A DNA stretch of 64,000 nt from Octopus sinensis (GCF_006345805.1 NC_042999.1:67580001-67644000); one strand, 5' to 3'. Shown: positions 51,601-61,394, numbered from the stretch's first letter. The notes: a model not told the origin generated them from the sequence alone. A program made the numbers and translations.

Positions 51601-51770
51601 GACTTCTGTTTCAGAAAGGTAAAGAAGAGGAGAAATTACTGCAGATGTTGAAGCGACAATGGGCTGAGATCCATTCTTCTGCTGAGCTCCCTGTTCACAC
51701 GACAACTTGGCTTAAACAGGATATATACTCAACTTCCCAAGGATCAACAGGATGTCATACACTCTCTTAG
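4641..51770 (+). CDS. NISCH: Nischarin-like gene (PX + LRR + Ser/Thr-rich insert + nischarin C-terminal region); 16 coding exons in the window, start exon not found
   Basis: Manual splicing gives [49 protein letters not shown] (PX motifs RYSxF and LPPKK), then LRRs ([32 protein letters not shown]). The C-terminus contains [31 protein letters not shown], resembling vertebrate nischarin as I recall it. Exon lengths sum to 4982 nt, or 4983 (1661 codons) with one base restored at about 27108. Confidence 0.93.
5481..5642. mobile_element. Tc1/mariner-superfamily MITE (pogo/Tc2-like CCGTA ends)
   Basis: TA|CCGTATTTCAACGTGTATAA ... TTATACATGTTAAAATACAG|TA; 17/20 TIR match; 162 bp. Confidence 0.7.
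5650..7238 (-). mobile_element. Degenerate Tc1 (DD34E) transposon
   Basis: Minus strand VFSDES ... QDNA-[34 aa]-E ([15 protein letters not shown]), with stops and frameshifts; imperfect TIR (aaccacaaaagaaac / gtttcttttgtagtt). Confidence 0.85.
9125..9307 (+). CDS. NISCH: NISCH exon, PX domain (183 nt, phase 0-0)
   Basis: catttcag|CTT ... AAATAT|gtaagt; [61 protein letters not shown]. Confidence 0.95.
10662..10710 (+). CDS. NISCH: NISCH exon (49 nt, phase 0-1)
   Basis: gttttgtag|GAG ... AACAGAG|gtatgt; [16 protein letters not shown]. Confidence 0.9.
10947..12210. mobile_element. Cluster of four RTE family A 3' fragments: about 10947-11215 (-), 11487-11745 (-), 11757-11890 (+), 11886-12210 (-)
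   Basis: Same terminal block and GAT/ATC tails; the last two copies are tail-to-tail. Boundaries approximate. Confidence 0.75.
12288..12383 (+). CDS. NISCH: NISCH exon (96 nt, phase 1-1)
   Basis: ctctttcag|GA ... TGTG|gtcagt; [32 protein letters not shown]. Confidence 0.9.
12628..12695 (+). CDS. NISCH: NISCH exon (68 nt, phase 1-0)
   Basis: attccag|AT ... CTAAAG|gtatct; [23 protein letters not shown]. Confidence 0.9.
13709..13804 (+). CDS. NISCH: NISCH exon (96 nt, phase 0-0)
   Basis: gcattag|ATC ... TTGGAG|gtaagt; [32 protein letters not shown]. Confidence 0.9.
14700..14795 (+). CDS. NISCH: NISCH exon (96 nt, phase 0-0)
   Basis: tttttcag|ATT ... ATTAAG|gtaaaa; [32 protein letters not shown]. 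Confidence 0.88.
14927..15775. repeat. Intronic 27-bp minisatellite, about 31 units, consensus GCTCCAGCTAAG(A/C)TCA(C/G)CCACACT(C/T)TT
   Basis: Direct inspection; the ORF track shows the 9-aa periodicity. Confidence 0.95.
16811..16936 (+). CDS. NISCH: NISCH exon, LRR start (126 nt, phase 0-0)
   Basis: cttttcacag|GAT ... AGTATA|gtaagt; [42 protein letters not shown]. Confidence 0.92.
17346..17541 (+). CDS. NISCH: NISCH exon, LRRs (196 nt, phase 0-1)
   Basis: cccacag|CAA ... CAAT|gtaagt; [65 protein letters not shown]. Confidence 0.95.
19165..19588 (-). mobile_element. tRNA-derived SINE family B, near full-length; other copies at about 14310-14640, 15865-15995, 17625-17790, 27870-28030, 42650-43060, 57040-57425
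   Basis: Head AGGAGTGGCTGTGTGGTAAG (A box) and GGTTCAGTCCC (B box), internal (CA)n, tail cagtcaaatgactgaaacaagtaaaagag. Confidence 0.8.
20360..20418 (+). CDS. NISCH: NISCH exon, LRR (59 nt, phase 1-0)
   Basis: ttatttaaag|GT ... TCAGAC|gtaagt; (C)[19 protein letters not shown]. Confidence 0.88.
20566..20845 (+). mobile_element. RTE family A 3'UTR copy
   Basis: Terminal block and subrepeats match the other copies. Confidence 0.75.
21228..21297 (-). pseudogene. Degenerate tRNA-like relic (possibly Asp-GTC derived, or a SINE head)
   Basis: Minus strand GTTGCTT..GGTCCAATGGTAGC..CTGTCAT..GGTTTGAGTCC..GGGCAGC. The acceptor stem pairs only with several G-U pairs, the anticodon stem is broken and the T-loop lacks TTCG. 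Confidence 0.3.
23158..23286 (+). CDS. NISCH: NISCH exon, LRR cap region (129 nt, phase 0-0)
   Basis: ttttgtcag|ATC ... AATGAA|gtaagt; [43 protein letters not shown]. Confidence 0.92.
23556..23672 (+). CDS. NISCH: NISCH exon (117 nt, phase 0-0)
   Basis: cttttcag|ATA ... AATAAA|gtaaga; [39 protein letters not shown]. Confidence 0.92.
25195..25797 (+). mobile_element. RTE family A copy with last codons (KNRQAK*) and full 3'UTR
   Basis: aagaaccggcaagccaagtga followed by several subrepeats and a (GAT)n tail. Confidence 0.8.
26574..27422 (+). CDS. NISCH: NISCH Ser/Thr-rich low-complexity exon; 849 nt as assembled, with an apparent 1-nt deletion near 27108
   Basis: cttcctgcag|AAC (phase 0). Reads [14 protein letters not shown]... 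through poly-Thr tracts and TACTSS/P repeats. After the 17-bp repeat unit the sensible frame shifts and ends ...SDSPLP G|gtaatc (phase 1), matching the next exon. Confidence 0.75.
27021..27271 (+). repeat. Coding 18-bp tandem repeat, 14 units (one is 17 bp)
   Basis: AC(A/G)GCT(T/G)GTACCTCT(T/C)CA units counted by hand; unit 5 (27093-27109) lacks one base. Confidence 0.95.
28583..29455 (-). mobile_element. Internally deleted DD37D (maT/Bmmar1-like) transposon
   Basis: Minus strand QQDSAPYH...[11 protein letters not shown](H), with 37 residues between the second D and the third catalytic position; three in-frame stops; degenerate TIRs (cagagtgcagtgaataaactg / caatttacccatcacaccct). Confidence 0.8.
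29563..29921 (+). mobile_element. RTE family A 3'UTR copy
   Basis: Subrepeats, terminal block and (GAT)n tail. Confidence 0.8.
31189..32273 (+). mobile_element. Internally deleted piggyBac (1085 bp) retaining the transposase N-terminus (ORF 31468-31980)
   Basis: TTAA|CCCTTTCGTTAC ... GTAACGAAAGGG|TTAA. The ORF has an acidic N-terminus, then YFYLLF...ITAKTNRYA...[22 protein letters not shown] (DDE_Tnp_1_7-type motifs). No catalytic core. Confidence 0.9.
37025..37340 (+). mobile_element. tRNA-derived SINE family D; other copies at about 4818-5060, 18367-18680, 21795-21930, 26150-26480, 58460-58690
   Basis: Head tggcttagtggttagagcattgggctc ... gagttcaattccc, then a shared (c/t)aagacactttatttc..gttgctccagt core. 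Confidence 0.7.
39292..39874 (+). mobile_element. RTE family A full-3'UTR copy
   Basis: Begins at gtgagaccataacccgtgg (just after the ORF stop in other copies); subrepeats; (GAT)n tail. Confidence 0.8.
41819..42021 (+). CDS. NISCH: NISCH exon (203 nt, phase 1-0)
   Basis: tttttccag|GA ... ATCAAA|gtaagt; open frame [68 protein letters not shown]. Supported by splice signals and phase, not by homology. Confidence 0.75.
43178..43656 (-). mobile_element. 5'-truncated RTE-clade LINE of a second family, with a 14-bp TSD
   Basis: Open minus-strand frame with [31 protein letters not shown] and GRPPRQW. Tail is TCAAGGTGA x2. TSD atatgcatgtatat at 43164-43177 and 43657-43670. Confidence 0.9.
44660..44928 (+). 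mobile_element. RTE family A 3'UTR copy
   Basis: Terminal block and (GAT)n tail. Confidence 0.78.
45900..46101. mobile_element. piggyBac MITE, second family (CCCTTTAG ends); other copies at about 20056-20279 and 18266-18817
   Basis: TTAA|CCCTTTAGTGTT ... TTCTAGAGGG|TTAA; internal sequence shared with the other two copies. Confidence 0.8.
46530..46612 (+). CDS. NISCH: NISCH exon (83 nt, phase 0-2)
   Basis: ttattaatag|AGA ... CATCT|gtaagt; [28 protein letters not shown]. It supplies the phase 0-to-2 bridge the last exon requires. Confidence 0.72.
48665..48835. repeat. Irregular (CT)n polypyrimidine tract
   Basis: Direct inspection. Confidence 0.9.
49223..51770 (+). CDS. NISCH: NISCH terminal coding exon (2548 nt, phase 2 to stop)
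   Basis: ttctttcgcag|A CAA CGG CCG; only the phase-2 frame is open and it contains the 817-aa ORF. Nischarin-like motifs: [44 protein letters not shown]. Stop TAG at 51768-51770. Confidence 0.93.
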
Positions 51771-52855
51771 AACAAACGTGGTGGTGACCATACAACTTCC
51801 TTTTTTATGCAGTATATTACAGCATCAGCGTCCTGAGAGAGTCAGGACAACCACACGCTTACTCGGATTAAGAAGGCCACTCAACAATTAACACTGCTTT
51901 GAGATTAACACAATCATGACCTAATGTTTTGAGACTAACATTCAAACCATAGATTTAAAAACAAAAAAGCAAAAAAAAAGCATGTCATACATTAAACCTA
52001 AACTAAAGCTACCTGTGTGAGGTGTTGTACTCTCTTTTCTGTGCTATCGTTAAGAAAAAAAAACAAAAAACAAAAACAAAGAGAATCCCCCTTCCTTCCC
52101 CTGTTATGTCTCCTTAATTTATAATTTCAGATTTATGTTATTCCTTGTCTTTCACAGAACCAATTCTAAAATACTTTGACGAATACTCTGAGTAACTATG
52201 CACCGATACTGCAAGTGTTCTGGAGCAACATCTAAACTCCTGAGTGGCAGGCAGAGTTTCAACTCACTCATGCCACAAATGCCTTTATGAATGGCATGAA
52301 CATCACAGCATTGCATTTCCCATTCTTTTATAAATTTTTGAGGTCATGTGTTTTGCTAAGAACTCACTTCTGTCAATCATTAGTGAATAACTTGCTTGGG
52401 TTAATGACTTTTTTTAAAAATTATTTATTTATTTATTTTATTTTGAAAAGGTATAAACTTGGCCCAGAGTTTTTGAAGGGTAGTGTTGGGTGAGACTGGA
52501 ACACTTGACATCAGGTTGGGTGTGTTAATAGGCTAACAGGTGAACTGTACTCAGTTCTTTCTAATTTTAGCACAAGGCCAGCAATTTTAAGAGGAGGGGC
52601 ACTTTGTCCTATTATTGGACTGATATGTATTTTACCAACTTCCAAAAGGATGAAAGGCAAAGTTGACTTCAGTGGAATTTGAACTCAGAATGTAAAGAGC
52701 CAGAAAAGATGCTGCAGAGCATTTTATCTGCCAACCCACCACTTTGAGCTGTACCAGTAATATGTCAGTGGAGGCCTATTGGAAGGTTGACCAGTTCCCA
52801 GGTCAACATGTCTGTTTAATATTTTTGTTGTTGTTAACAGTTTGATGCTCTAAAT

Positions 52856-53147
52856 CAGTGGTTCCCAAAGTGGGCAATACTGCCCCCTTGGTGGGGGCAT
52901 TGCAGTGATCCAGCAGGGACGTTGAAGAAAAGTGAGGTGATAATGGAGTGGCCAAAAGGGGGCAATGGATCTAAAAACTACAAAATTATGGGTTAAAGTT
53001 TTATTTGTGAAATACTGTTGTTGAACTTGCTGCAGAAAATGGTCAGAGTTTGTACTGGTGAGTTGTGGAATGGGGGTGGGGTGGATGCTAGGAATGTGGC
53101 CCGGGTGCCAAGGGGGCAGCAGCCCCAAAAAAGTTTGGGAACCTCTG
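52856..53147. mobile_element. hAT MITE (292 bp)
   Basis: TIR CAGTGGTTCCCAAA / TTTGGGAACCTCTG; 8-bp TSD CTCTAAAT / CTCTAAAA. Confidence 0.85.
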
Positions 53148-53650
53148 CTCTAAAATGTTGCATCACTTTGTGAAGTTTTGTTTGAGTCAGTGACATGTCA
53201 GCTGTGACTGGAATAACCTTTTATATATATTTCCATGAAATATGTAAATATGCGTGTGTGTATATATATTTGTGTTTATATATTTATGTGTATGTGAGTA
53301 TGTATATATTTACATACACACGTGATCATTGGTCAACGACTGGGAAGTACATCCTGCTGTAAAAAATGTTTCTATAATGTACTTAATATTATACATTTCT
53401 AAATCCAACTTACCCATGCTGTCTGGGAAAATGGATATAAAACTACATGTGTGTGTGTGTAAATATTGTAATATATATGTATGTATGTATGTATATAAAT
53501 GGTACATTCTATTGTTATATAAATGTTATGCCATGAGAGTACTTGATATCTTAAGATAAAGAACTAAAACATCTATATATACTGGAAATAACAGAATCTA
53601 TATAGCTATACACACCTGCACTCACATGTATATGCGTGTGTGTGTGTGTA

Positions 53651-53699
<49 letters not shown>

Positions 53700-54177
53700 T
53701 GTATACATGCACACAATATTTAATTAGTCAGAAGAGGAATAAGATACAGATCCCTGGAGAAACAGTTTTACTTTGTTCTTTTTTTTTTTTTTTTAAATCT
53801 TTAAAACCCCAACCCTACCCCACTTTCAAGATGTTACCATTAAGGGTTTGTCATGTTTCCTTATAAGTTCCTTATGTTTTGTTTAAGACAGTAAATTTCC
53901 TTGGTCCGTTGCTGTTTCAGCAGAGGCGTGGTTTATTTTCTGAATGAAAAATTCCGGTTAATGTTATTATTGGTTTCCTTTGTTATTGTGAATCCTGGAA
54001 ATGATGTTGTCTGTTATCTATTTCTTTTCACTTTACTTAAAACACATTGATAGAATTGAGAAATATGTTCCAAAGAAAAACTTGGACTTATGAAGAGTAC
54101 CTGGGGAATCATTAACAGTCACCACAATAACTGTATCATTGAGAAAAATGAGGATGGAGCTAAGATATTTATCGTTC

Positions 54178-54854
54178 TAGTAGTTCTCCACCATTTTTTT
54201 AGCTACGGACCCCTTTGATTCCCATTTTACTTGGGTGGACTCTCAGAGCCATTCAGTGTTCAAAAAATCCTGTAATATTTTCATAATTAAATATTACTAG
54301 CAGCATAGCCCGACGTTGCCCGGGTATGTAAGAGCCCCTAGTAGGCAACGACTAATCCCAATCTAGTCCTTTCCCTCTAGGGAACGAAGGCGCATGTGTT
54401 GGTTGCAATGTCTTCTCTTCACTCGAATACTTCTGTGTATACGATGTTCCTAGCTGTCCCTGTGGGCGATAAAAAGGTCGAGTTGTGTCCCCTAGACAGA
54501 AAATGTGTTGCATATAAAAAGCTTAGATTCTCGACCCCATGTCGAATTTATCGATTTTTTTCAGAACTTTTCAAAATTTTCACTGCGTTAGTTTTGAATT
54601 ATGAGATTGGGCTATGTGTGTGTCAAGTTTCATCAGAATCGGTTGAAAGCTGTGGTCAGGGGAGGGTTCAACCTGACAGACACACAGACAGACAAATTGC
54701 CATTTATATAGAGAGAGATTACAAATTGTATAGAAAAAAATTGTTAATATTTTGGACATTGCAGGATTATGACCAATTTATTCCACATAAATAATAAAAT
54801 CCCATATGGACCCATCCACCCCAGTGTCATATTGACCCCAGTTGAGAACCACAG
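54178..54854. mobile_element. hAT MITE interrupted by a Helitron
   Basis: Degenerate left end tagttctccacc, right end gttgagaaccacag; TTCTAG on both flanks resembles a Charlie-type target. Confidence 0.6.
54297..54718 (-). mobile_element. Non-autonomous Helitron (422 bp)
   Basis: Minus strand A|TC ... CCCGGGCAACGTCGGG hairpin ... CTAG|T; insertion between A and T with no TSD. Confidence 0.85.
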
Positions 54855-54906
54855 TTCTAGACAAAACAAAGTAACAAAACTGTTGTTTTTTATTTGTTAG
54901 GTTTAA

Positions 54907-55127
54907 CCCTTTCGTTACCATATTTATTTTGGGATGCTCTGTGTCTCTTTCAATTATTTTAAATATAACTAAGAATTTAGTAAAATAACTTAGTCGTCAT
55001 TAAGCTTGTGATGGGAACATAAATTGGGACTAAGGTTTGGTGGAAGATTTTAATTCAAAATTTACGAAAACAAGATATTTGTACTACAGAGCCACAGCTG
55101 GTTTCAGCCGGGTTGCTAACAAAAGGG
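54907..55127. mobile_element. piggyBac MITE (221 bp); a degraded opposite-orientation copy lies at about 40386-40600
   Basis: TTAA|CCCTTTCGTTAC ... CTAACAAAAGGG|TTAA; left end identical over 12 bp to the 31189 element. Confidence 0.85.
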
Positions 55128-56164
55128 TTAAAGGAAGGGGCAGTGCCCACAGTCTTTGTAACCTTTCTGATATAGGTGTGACTGAGGCCATTAACACTCT
55201 CCTTGAACAGCATTGGCATCTGTGTGAAAGGCATAAGCTGGGTGATACTTCCAGATGGCCACCAACACTCTGGACGGGACTGTTTGTAGTGATTAGTATA
55301 GGAGGCCTGAGTGAGGGGTTTAGATATATCGAGGGTAAGGATGAGGGGGGTGAATAAGGACAACTGGCTTGGAAATGTCTGAATGAAAATTGTACAAGCC
55401 TACTTATTTGTGAGGTGTAGTGCACCTGTGAGCTAAGGATGGAGTCTTTGAGGGACTTTATGACAGTCAAACCATGAAACATTTTCTAGATATCTTTTGT
55501 ATGTCAGTGTTGCAGCAGCACTGTCTCAGATATGAGAGTAATACTCTTAATGGGAAGCTTCTGTAGTTTAAATATTTAAAGCTATAAAATAATCGTGTTG
55601 GCAAGGATATATCATAAAATGAGCAGCATATTTGATATTTCAAAGATTTTTTTTTTATTGTATATTCTCTATTCCTTTAACATGGATCATTATTAATAGT
55701 CTATACTTTGCTATAATAAGTGCTATGTAAGTTTAGGCCTAGCTTTTATAGCTGCTATGTAAGAGGGTTAGCATAGCCTTGTACTATTATAAAACTTAAA
55801 ATTAATGTAATAAACATTTAATATATAAAACACAATTGTTTAAGCAAACCTGAAAATTAAAAACGAATTTTCTTTTTTCATAATATTTCTTGATAATACT
55901 GCCTCATGTACCCCACCCAAACCACACACACACACAGTCTCCTACTATTGGAAAATATATACAGCTCAGCAGAAATTTTAATTAAATTAAAACTAAAACA
56001 TCTATTCTCTATGAAATGAAAATGTTAGTAATAAGCAACTTAAATGTCTGTGTGTGTATATAGGATTGTGTGGGAAAATGAAATGAATAAACAAATTATA
56101 TATGTATGTGTGTTTATGTATATATCTGTGTATGTGCACACTTACATGCAATTAGCCCAGGGGT

Positions 56165-56991
56165 GTTCCAGCCTCTTCGCCTTACTGGCACTTGTGCCCC
56201 ATGCTAGTAGGGTGCTAAGAGCACCATCCAAGTGTGATCATTGACAGAGCGGCTAACTGGCTTCTGTACCGGTGGCATGTAGGAGGCACCATTCGAGCGG
56301 GATCGTTACCAGCATTGCCATACTGGCACCTGTGCCGTTGGCATGTGGGGAAAAAATAAATTCAAGCAAGGTCATTGCCAGTACCACCAAACTGGCCCTT
56401 GTGCCAGTGGCACGTAAAAACACCCACTACACTCTCGGAGTGGTTGGAGTTAGGAAGGGCATCCAGCTGTAGAAACCCTGCCAAATCAAGATTGGGGCCT
56501 GGTTCGCCAGACCTCAGTCAAATCGTCCAACCCATGCTAGCATGGAAAGTAGATGTTAAATGATGATGATGATGATTTATATATAAATTTATGAAACAAT
56601 GTGGAATGAACACAATGTTCAACAATTGTTTCTATGCATTAGTAACGGCTGTTAGCTGCTCTGAGCTTTCCATATCATACATATAATTATATATAAATAT
56701 TATATGGTGGCACATAAAAAGCACCATCTGAATGTTGCTTCTTGACTGGCTTCTGTGCCGGTGGCATGTAAAAAGCACCAACCGATCGTGGCCGCTGCCA
56801 GCCTCCGGTGGCACGTAAAAAGCACCCACTACACTCATGGAGTGGTTGGCGTTAGGAAGGGCATCCAGCTGTAGAAACATTGCTAGATCAGACTGGAGCC
56901 TGGTGCAGCCTCCTGGCTTCCCAGACCCCGGTTGAACCATCCAACCCATGCTAGCATGGAAAACGGACATTAAATGATGATGATGATGATC
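56165..56991 (+). mobile_element. Two adjacent RTE family A 3'UTR copies (about 56165-56577 and 56705-56991)
   Basis: Each ends in the terminal block and a (GAT)n tail. Confidence 0.78.
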
Positions 56992-57510
56992 CAGCAATAG
57001 CCCTGTTCTTATACATACTTACACATATATATATCATCATCATCATCATAGTTCAATGTCCATTTTTCCATGTTTGCCTAGGTCAGGTCATGCTGAAGTA
57101 GATTTTCTACAAGTTAATGCCATCACCAACCCTCACCGGTTTCCAAAGCCAGGTAATGCTTCCCCTGTGTCATGTTTTACATGAAAGACCAGAAACAAAT
57201 GACATTGCTTGCAAGATGGTGGTTTATTTGCAATCATCACATGACATCAAGACAAGGACACACACACACATGCACATGACAGGCCTCTTAGTTTCCATCT
57301 ACCAAATCCACTTATATGGTTTTGGTCAACCTGGGGCTGTAGTAGAAGAATTTTGCTCAAGGTGGCATGCAATGGGACTGAACCTGAGACCACTTGGTTG
57401 GAGAGCAAGCTTCTTAACCACAGCCACTTGTGTACCCCAGCTCTCTCTTCCTATGTATGTGTGTATATATATATATACATGTTAAACGATGATGATGATG
57501 ATGATGATGA

Positions 57511-57568
<58 letters not shown>

Positions 57569-58080
57569 TTAGTTAAGTATATTGTATGTTTTCTGAACAG
57601 ACTTGTGAAATCATTTATGTCCATATTTCTAATTCCTCAATTTGTTGTTGTTATTGTTGCTGTTGTTAATGATATTGTTTCTGTTGTTGTTCAACTCAGA
57701 CAATCATTGGTTGTGAATGTTATTACAGGTATTCCACATTCTGTTGACCCAGTTAAGAAGTTAAATGCAGCAAAGCTAGCTTGTGTCATTATTTCATTGA
57801 ACCATCTGGTTGGCTGTCTGAACAAAACCACAGCTCATCTATGTAATCCCTGTTAAACTTAGATATATTAGCATAAATATAGGCACTCTACACACTTCCT
57901 ACATAAAAGTGTTATTGATCGTGTTTATGGTTTTATACTAAAACATAAAGAAAAGTCCATATATATTGTGAGTCCGCCTCAGTTTCCCTTTTGGTATACG
58001 ACTATATACATGGAGTGTATTTACTGGTTATTTGTAGTGCAAATTAAATTTAAATCAGACTGGGCCTCATGGAGGCAAGG

Positions 58081-58419
58081 GACGAGGTGGCCTAGCATGA
58101 TCTTCGAATGTTGGGCCTTACTGAGGTGATGACAAGTGACCGAGATCTTTGGAGATATGCTGCGCTTGAGAAGACTCGGCAAGCCAAGTAAAATTGTTGT
58201 CATGGCCATTGCCAGTGTTATGTAAATGGCACCCATACTGGTGGCACATAAAAAGCACCCATTACACCCTTGGAGTGATTTGCGTTAGAAAAGGGCATCC
58301 AGCCATAGAAACCATGCTAAATCAGACTAGCTCCTGGTGCAGCTCTCTGGGTTACAAGTTCCAGTCAAACCGTCTACCCCATGCCAGCATGGAAACCGCA
58401 TGTTAAATGACGATGATGA
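58081..58419 (+). mobile_element. RTE family A copy with ORF C-terminus
   Basis: DEVA*HDLRMLGLTEVMTSDRDLWRYAALEKTRQAK* at 58081-58191, then a shortened 3'UTR and (GAT)n tail. Confidence 0.78.
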
Positions 58420-58739
58420 TAAATATACATATATGCACACACACAAACGTGGGGAGAGGGGAAAGGCATATGGCCTAATGGTTAGTGTTGCTCTTGTGAT
58501 TGCAAGATTGCAGTTTCACTTCCTGAACTGGTGGTACGTTGCGTTCTTGAGCAAAACACTGTTTCACATTGCTCCAGTCCACTCAGCTGTTTATGGGTAA
58601 CCCTGCAACAGACTAATGTTCCAAGGAAGCGGGGTGTTGGCCTACCTGGACAGTGGGGTGGCATCATTCGAAAGCTACATCAATGCAAGGAAGCACATTT
58701 TGACCTGTATAACATCTGATAGTCTGGTCAAGACAGTGA

Positions 58740-58801
58740 TATATGTGTACATAAATATATATGTATGTATATATATATATGTGTGTGTGTATATATATGT
58801 A

Positions 58802-58854
<53 letters not shown>

Positions 58855-59105
58855 ACCTGTATAACATCTGATAGTCTGGTCAAGACAGTGATATATGTGT
58901 ACCTAAATATATATGTATGTATATATATATATGTGTGTTTGTGTATATATATATGTATGTGTGTATATATGTATGTGTGTGTATATATATATGTATGTGT
59001 GTATATATGTATGTGTGTGTGTGTGTGTATATGTATGTGTGTGTGTGTATATGTATGTGTGTGTATATATATGTACGTGTGTATACATATATATATATAT
59101 GTATG
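58740..59105. repeat. Compound (TA)n/(TG)n microsatellite; many similar arrays elsewhere (e.g. 4781-4815, 19366-19412, 29455-29540, 30305-30390, 30538-30660, 36075-36140, 57513-57565)
   Basis: Direct inspection. Confidence 0.9.
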
Positions 59106-59452
59106 GGTGTAATGAAATAGTTTCAGTGCTATGCACTAACCTCTTGGCCCTTGAGTCACTTTGTAACTTCAACTAATTAAAAATAATAAAACAATTTCTA
59201 TATACTCATGTTTTGAGTTCTATTTTTTCCCCCTGTTTGTATTACTGAACCTGTGCATGTGTATTCTAGTGCGATTTAACTTTGATTTTCATTACAAATA
59301 ATCAGTATTTTTTAAAACTGTGTATTCCTGTATATCCAGAGGGGAAACAGTAAGGGCAACTTACAACGTCCGAGTGTCATTTGCTTGGACTCCACAGTTA
59401 TGTAGGCCTCAGTGGACAAACAGAAAGTAAAACCAAATGGTCTGCTAGTATA

Positions 59453-59686
59453 TATTTCTTTACTACCCACAAGGGGCTAAACACAGAGGGGACAAACAAG
59501 GACAGACAAACAGATTAAGTCGATTACATCGACCCCAGTGCATAACTGATACTTAATTTATCGACCCCGAAAGGATGAAAGGCAAAGTCGACCTCGGCAG
59601 AATTTGAACCCAGAACGTAATGGCAGACGAAATACGGCTATGCATTTTGCCCAGCGTACTAACGTTTCTGCCAGCTCGCCGCCTTT
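59453..59686 (-). mobile_element. tRNA-derived SINE family C, full length with a 15-bp TSD; degraded copies at about 7960-8140, 20960-21140, 24880-25095, 36140-36480, 38010-38465, 52560-52740
   Basis: Head GGCGGCGAGCTGGCAGAAACGTTAG ... GGGTTCAAATTC; TSD tggtctgctagtata at 59438-59452 and 59687-59701. Confidence 0.85.
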
Positions 59687-59904
59687 TGGTCTGCTAGTAT
59701 AAACTAGCAGTACTTCCATCTTTACACATCACATGTTAATTGCATAATTTAATAGTCACATGACCACCAAACTGTTAGACTTGTAGGGCTCAACTGTTTT
59801 ATACTTATGGATCCCTTTCGTTCCTATTTTATTCTACTGACCTACCGTAGCCATTCAATGCTTTAAAAAAAACCTGCTGTATATTTATCATTAAATATTG
59901 TTTT

Positions 59905-60273
59905 ATTCTTTTATTTGTTTCAGTCGTTTGACTGCAGCTATGCTGGAGCACCGCCTTTAGTCGAGCAAATCGACCCCAGGACTTATTCTTTGTAAGCCTA
60001 GTACTTGTTCTATCAGTCTCTCTTGCCAAACCGCTAAGTTACGGGGACTTAAACTCTCCAGCATCGGTTGTCAAGCGATGTTGGGTGGACAGACAGACAC
60101 ACACACACATATACACAACGGGCTTCTTTCAGTTTCTGTCTACCAAATCCATTCACAAGGCTTTGGTCAGCCTAAGGCTATAGTAGAAGATACTTGCCCA
60201 AGGTGCCACGCAGTGGGACTGACCCCAGAGCTATGTGGTTGGTAAGCAAGCTACTTACCACATAGCCACTCCT
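59905..60273 (-). mobile_element. tRNA-derived SINE family B, near full-length
   Basis: Closely matches the 19165-19588 copy along its length. Confidence 0.8.
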
Positions 60274-61394
60274 TATAATTGAATAGTATTAGGAATTGTA
60301 TTAAAACATTGTTAAAATATTTGGTGTACTGTAGCCTATAAACTCTCTGGACCCCTAGAGGTCATATTAACCCCAGTTGAGACCCACTAAGTTTGGCTAT
60401 TCTCTAGCTGTTTTATGTACGTATCTCATAGTGTAATATAAATGTTTATTACATTAACCATTTATGTATATCTTGTAGCACTAAGTTATGGCTCTCTCTC
60501 TCTGTGCAAGAAAAAGTATTCTGAACTCAGTACATGTGTAGAATGTATTTTATTTCAAGAATTAGGCTTCATCTTTACAGAGAGTCATTCTGTGTGTATG
60601 TTAGTCTTCCTACTCTGATTCTTCTACGGTTGACTTACTACACCTTACATACTGAATGCAAATGTGTGTGTATGTGTTTATCCAGCCAGGTAAAAGACTA
60701 CACCACAGGTAGTAGTCTTCTACCTGGCCGGCTCGTGTCAAACTGTCCAACCTATGCCAGCATGGAAGATGGATGTTAAATGATGATGATGTGCGTGTGT
60801 GTGTACAGTCACTGTAGCATTTGACACATAATGATGCTTGTTTACTAAATAGTTCTGTATGTTAAAATATATTTCATGTTTAAGACCTTGCAATATTCTT
60901 CAGAAAACGAGTTATGCTTCGAATATTAAATATACTTTCAAATCGTATGTGCATGTATGTCACATAAACCTGGATATAGACAAGTGGTAATGGAAAACAG
61001 CTGGCTTTCTTAGGTTTACACACACACACACACACACACACATTCTCTCTTTCTCTCTAAAAAAAATCAGCTTAGTCACAAAGTGACTTAGTCTTTATAT
61101 TTGCCTTTTAACACTAGCTCATATGGTTAAATACAGAGCTGGTAACTCGGAAATGACTGCAAGTCTCTCTGGTCTGTTTTATTGTTATTGATAAAATATA
61201 CAAAGTTCAAACAGGAATAAATTTTATACTATGGTATTCTCTCTTCTTCCTCATGTCATAAAATTTATTTCACTATTTGAATTTTTCATAGCTATTTGCT
61301 GATACAAGCCATCAGTAATTTCCTCAGAGTCATGGGAATCTATGCAATATCTAGTTTTACTAGATATTGTATAAGTTCTGGCAATACGCTTTAG

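Noticed and set aside
51771-52500. Polyadenylation site of NISCH
   Set aside because: Only an ATTAAA near 51991 and genomic A-runs are visible; the 3' end cannot be placed without RNA data.
58664-59176. IYIY/CVCV/HTHT-type ORFs here and at many other sites
   Set aside because: Translations of (TA)n, (TG)n and (CA)n microsatellites.
57790-59420. Possible minus-strand exons giving ...LHNCGVQANDTRTL-DYIDELWFCSDSQPDGSMK*
   Set aside because: Needs a rare GAG acceptor or read-through of an in-frame TGA. I recognise no protein family or selenoprotein motif and found no further exons. RNA-seq would be needed.
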